DNA from: the human T2T-CHM13v2.0 reference genome, Homo sapiens
DNA: 64,000 nucleotides
Assembly (NCBI RefSeq): GCF_009914755.1
Contig: NC_060927.1
Reading direction: 5' to 3' (one strand)
Shown here: piece by piece, positions 58,800 through 64,000 of the stretch
How the letters are laid out: every line of letters begins with the position of its first letter
Position numbering within the stretch: position 1 is the stretch's first letter
The notes under the pieces: model-generated
Database searches by the model: none
The model's input: the letters and a program-made list of their open reading frames with translations, nothing else
What the model was told of the DNA's origin: nothing
Made by a program: the position numbers and the translations under genes

Positions 58800-59645
58800 A
58801 ATTGGTTCTCAAACTGGTGATTTTGTCCTCCACTCCCATCCCACTGATGGCCACAGGAGGCAGCCAAATGCCTAGGAAGATGGGATAGGGGTAGGTACCA
58901 GGTGGAACCCCACTTCCAAGCCAAAGACAGTTTAAAGCCTGAAAGCCTAGCTACAAGTTAAATCCTCGGACTGGACTGAGAATTTGTCTTCCCATTTGGC
59001 ACACTTTCCTCTGACTGAACCCACCCTTCACCTATTTAACATATAGCTACCCTTTCCTAATTGGTTTTCTAAATTGTCATGCCCACCTTTGAGTGGTGTC
59101 TTCACTTTAACCTTTTTTGCTTACTCACACACCACTCAGCATGCACTCCCCATTCTGAGTCCATAAAAGGTCCCAGACCCAGATACATGGGGGACTTTCC
59201 CGCCTTCTGGTAGGGGGACCACCCGCATGACCCCTCTCCACTGAAAGCTGTTTCAATGCTCAATGAAATTCTTCTCTGACCTCCTCACCCTTCAATGTTC
59301 AGTGCATCCTCATTCTTCTTGGGAATAGGACAAGAACTTGGGAACCAGTGTGCAAGCCAGACTTGGCCCAGGTGGGCTGACTGGGCAGGGCGCCCCCTGT
59401 GGCAGGTAGAGTGCCCCAAGAGAAGCCTCCTACATCGCTAGCCAGAGGTCCCCAACTGGCAAAGAGACCAAGAAAAATCCTGCATACCACCAAACATCTA
59501 GCAAAGTTGGGAGACATTTTGGGCTATCACAACTAGGAGGGTGCTACAGGCATCTACTGAGTAGAGGGCAGGGATTGTGCTAAGCATTCTGCAATGTACA
59601 CAGCAGCCCCCAACGACATCAACTGTGCTATGCTTGAGAAACCCT
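58800..59645 (+). mobile_element. MER20 split by an LTR insertion
   Basis: 5' part tggttctcaaactggtgattttgtcc before 58845; 3' part ggagacattttggg...gtgctacaggcatcta...ttgagaaaccct after 59490. Confidence 0.85.
58845..59486 (+). mobile_element. ERV1 solo LTR (LTR29/MER66-like)
   Basis: TGATGG... start, homologous to the 51438 LTR over about 450 bp, longer 3' end; TSD CCAC. Confidence 0.88.
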
Positions 59646-60471
59646 CAGCTAGACAACTCTTTGTTGTCTGCAGCTAAAAATGACCAATCTCCTTTCTAAG
59701 CTCCAATTTTCCCATTGGAATCATGGCAACAATAATCAACCACTTCTTATATGTTAAGTGGTGAGGCTTAAGATAACAAATGTAAAATTCATAGAGTATA
59801 GCCTGGCACATAACTGCTCAATTATTATTAGATATTTGTAGTAATCATTATTATAATAAAAGCCGCATGTCTGCACATAATATGGAGGTATCAGGTACTA
59901 TGCTAAACATCTTTTAAAAAGCTGATATTATATATGCTCCACCACTCAAAACATGCTTGGTAAAAGAATAAATGTTGACATATGCTTGCTTATTAAATGA
60001 TTATGTGCATAAGGCAAATATAAAGGACATAAAAGTGTTTATCAGGGCACAATACTAAAAACAATAAATTAAATTCCTTTTATTCCATTAAGAATGCTTT
60101 TCTCTAAGAAGTTCCTGATCCTGAGAACCAGGCAATCTTACATGCAAACTCAAAGCTGTTTTATCCCTCTCTTCAGACAAAATACAATCAAACAAGGCGT
60201 GGCTGAAACCTATTACTGCTAGCCTGGCAGACCACTGGAGCCAATGCTGCCACTAATTCTGTCCTGCTATATGCAGGAAAGCGAAAGAGACACACGGCAC
60301 TTCAGAGAAATCAATTTCCTTTATTAGCTTCCTTTCTTTATCGTTTGCTTTCACTGTATGTTTTGTGGATCAAGTTAATCATTTTCATGTAAAGATCAAT
60401 CTTAATATGGACTTTCATTTGAAAGTTGTTGTCAGATTTTGTGGAGAAGCCAAATTCTAGAGAAGGATGGT

Positions 60472-60497
60472 GGGGGGTGGTGTGGGGTGGGGTGGGG
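60472..60497 (+). other. Putative G-quadruplex
   Basis: GGGGGG tggtgt GGGG t GGGG t GGGG. Confidence 0.6.
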
Positions 60498-60559
60498 TAT
60501 ACACCTGACTTTTGTTGTTTCCAGCAGCCCAACCATTCCATGAATTTTTGGTAATAGTA

Positions 60560-60863
60560 TCCCAAAACCTTCTTCCCTAATGTTGGCAACTGTTTAGTTC
60601 AGATGTGTCGTAGCCAAAATTGGGCACATTTCCCAATTCAGGCCAATTAGATATTTCTCCCTAAATTCTGAATCTTGACTAAAATAAACAGAAGACTGAA
60701 AAGAACTGAAAATTATTTCTTTAAATCGTGGTGTCCTTATAAGACTGTTCAGTAGCACTTGCTATGCATAAACCCCAATCTACTCTGCTTTCTGTCAATT
60801 CTCAAGTCTCATTCTCCTATATCCTTTAGTCTATATAGTGAACTACTCAAAGCCTGCCAATAA

Positions 60864-60894
<31 letters not shown>

Positions 60895-60945
60895 TAAGCT
60901 AAATAGAATCTACTTTTGTTTGCTTATAATCAAGGCAATGCTAAC
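60560..60945 (+). mobile_element. Old MLT1-like LTR with expanded poly-T
   Basis: caataa(t)n gcttaagcta...gctaac MaLR 3'-end pattern. Confidence 0.45.
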
Positions 60946-61278
60946 TGTTACTGGTAAAAACACTGTAACACACTACTGACAATCATGGATCTGGAGCCAG
61001 GATATGATATTTCTGTTTCTCTTTTATTTAGTCATTTATTTAATCCACCTTGTGCTTCGGTTGCTAAGTCTGTGAAGGAAAAAATGTCGGAAAAGCCTAC
61101 CAATTACAGATGCCTAGTAGGTCCAGAGGGTTGCTATTACAGTTTCTTACTCATCAATTCACCCCAAAAGATAAGTAATTGAATCTTTTTTAATCCCCTG
61201 AGATTTATCTAGCTCACCCACTTGTTAAGGAGGATGCATGTAACTTCTGAGTTAAGAAATATAGGCAAGTTTAGATAA

Positions 61279-61613
<335 letters not shown>

Positions 61614-62749
61614 CAAATGTACATATTTATGTGTAAATAAACACACATAAATTTTTCAAATAGGAGCCCCTACATTTCTCTTCCCTTTGATGAACTGTTG
61701 AACCCTAATAAAATGAAGAGTATCACACAACCATTACTGGAACCTGTTAAAGCCACTAACAGAGAAAGTCATATTTCAAGTATCAGTTGCATACTAAACG
61801 AAGGCTCTACCAATGACAGCACATGCCTCATTTTAAAGCTATCTGAGAAAATTTTCCTCAAGTCTTTTCAACCAGCACTCACCATGTAACTTTTGAAAAC
61901 ATAGGTCAGTTTATATGTGTGTAACACACAGGCACATTAATTCTATAAACATTCTTTTCAAGGAAGCTGCCTGGACAAGTGCTAGGTTGTAACGGCCCAC
62001 TGGACTAACCACCCTGCACGTGCTGCCCAGTTTCAACACACTTCCTCAGCCGAGACTTGAGATGCAAATTGAGGGTAAACTCAGCTTCCAGGCATAGACT
62101 TGAACATTTAATGCCAACAAAGTCCCATTGTCAGACCCCTCCTGCAACTCCTAATCCACATATGTCTATCCGGCATCCACTAGGACAACTACCTGCGTCC
62201 ACAACATTAACATGATGTGGACACCCCAGAAGTCCACTAAAACCCAGTGGGGCAAGGAATGACTGTACTAGAAATGTGTGAAAACAATGAGATTTGAGGG
62301 TCTTTACTGATCAATGATAGAGGATGAGGAAAAAGAAGAAAGGAAAAAGATCAGTGAATGTCTCAAGAAGACAAAAATAAAGGAGATTAGGAGAGACAAT
62401 CAGGGAGAGAAAAGAAATGTTGAGGGTTAAGAGGAGAAATAATTGACAACAGAAAATGAAGGTCAGTCATCTGGGCCAAGTGTATCATTTACTTATCAAC
62501 TTGGTATTTCCTAAGATCTAATGTGATAGGAGATACTACAGAAATTAGAATGAAATATGACTTTAATATTGATTAAGTTCTATCCTGGCACTTGCCCTCA
62601 AAGGAAAGATCAATTACCATAATCAGGGAATAGACTTTTTTAAAAACAAAAAACAAAAGCCATAATTCCAGTGGCTTTCCTGAGAGAATTTATGAGTATT
62701 GCCATAGATTAAAGAATGGATATCCTCCAGCAGATGACAGCAAAAAATT

Positions 62750-62940
62750 CTGTAGCACAGAGTTTAGGGACTCGAGTCTGGAGTCAGACTCGGGGGCTCA
62801 AACGCCAACTTTGCAGCTTAAGAGTTGGGTGACTCCTGCAAGTTCCTTACTATTTATTTGATCCTCAGTCTCCTTCTCAGCAAAACAGGAGAGTACAGAT
62901 TTCATTGGATTCTTGTAAATACTGAATATGATAGTGTATG
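62750..62940. mobile_element. MIR SINE
   Basis: tctggagtcagac...gggtgact...cctcagtctccttctc. Confidence 0.65.
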
Positions 62941-64000
62941 TTACAAAAGTAAATCATAAGCCCAAAGTTCTTTTACTTGGCCTTGATTAAAATTATAATT
63001 AAAGCATTGGCTATTAGGTTCAGAGCATTTAGGGGTAAACTTCTAAGCAAAGAAACTGTTAACCCAAGCACTACTGAAAACATAAATCCTGGAGTAATCA
63101 TAACCCTTTGTTTAGAGAGAAGAAAGAAAAGGTCTAAAGACTATTTAAAGTAAAGTGAAATTTGAGACCAATCTGTGGAGTTCGTGTTCTTGTAAAGCTG
63201 AATATAGGCATCATTTGGTTTACCAGAGCTGGCAATGATCTATCGCACAAATTGAAAGATTTACTTTAACTGTGAATCTGTAACCTTGGACTCTGGATAT
63301 TTATAGCTGTAATGAGAAATTACATTTGTTAGAATGTTTGTATTAACTTTTTTCCCCACAGGAACTTGGTTTGCCAACTAACCTTGTAATAACCATAGAC
63401 TAAGATGTCAGTGATCTAGTTACAGTTTACTCAAGCCATTTGAAAAGCTGAACATTTTCTTGCTGAAAGTAATACATCTAAAGTCATACTTCCCTGAGAG
63501 AATAAGTCATTTTGGAGTTAATCAAGAAAGGGACAGATTATCATCAAAATACAATGCAAAAATCTCAATTTTTCACAACAATGCAATTCATTCAGCAAAT
63601 CTCAATACTCCCATGCTACACGAACCTTCTTTAGATTTTCTCCTGGGTGTATCTTTGAAGGAGCATGAGGAATATTTGCTATGGCTCAAAAACCAGATAT
63701 GCATTCCATCTGTTTAAAAGCTTATAGGGTATTATAGATGAAGCAAGCTTCTAAATTCAACCTTAAATAATGGGAAAATCGAACAAAAACAACACCCTAA
63801 CAGATTTATTTTAATAATTCTGGCAAGAAGTACAAATCTAAGGAAACAGAAGCAAAATACAGGATAATTCAGAATACTAAGAACCTGCTATTGTTTAACT
63901 GAAAGCATAGGTAAAAGTTACAAAAAGTGATGCCACGTTTTGATGCTGCTTACTGGCTGCATCTAGAGAGAGGCAAGGAGGTATCAGGCATTTCTGCCAA

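Noticed and set aside
59388-59405. CTCF-like motif (GCCACAGGGGGCGC on -)
   Set aside because: Three mismatches in the 5' half of the core and part of the LTR sequence.
51438-59486. Full-length provirus between the two related LTRs
   Set aside because: Separate TSDs, different 3' ends, no PBS/gag/pol, and older repeats lie between them.

Overview
Human genomic DNA; a near-consensus AluYb-lineage insertion at 31277-31586 supports the species call. The window is AT-rich, CpG-poor and dominated by interspersed repeats: about 20 Alu/FAM/FLAM copies, about 15 solo LTRs (MaLR, ERVL, ERV1), old L1/L2/MIR fragments, MER3/5A/20/102 hAT fossils, a Tigger3 and a near full-length dead Hsmar2 mariner. It has no CpG island, no long ORF and no RNA gene; almost all ORF-track entries are Alu-derived or chance ORFs. 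It looks like the inside of a large minus-strand gene that I cannot name: LTRs lie almost all on +, and several short minus-strand segments have good splice sites (42 nt at 30553-30594, 158 nt at 10011-10168, 87 nt, 28 nt, 20 nt, plus non-coding 79-nt and 120-nt candidates). I do not see a convincing novel biological system. The best leads are a frame-compatible chain of small exons and micro-exons, a hairpin-masked 5' splice site with an in-frame alternative donor, a tandem CACGTG-N6-CACGTG element, and a young AluYb forming inverted-Alu pairs around the 42-nt exon candidate. Repeat subfamily names come from recalled consensus sequences, not a database search.
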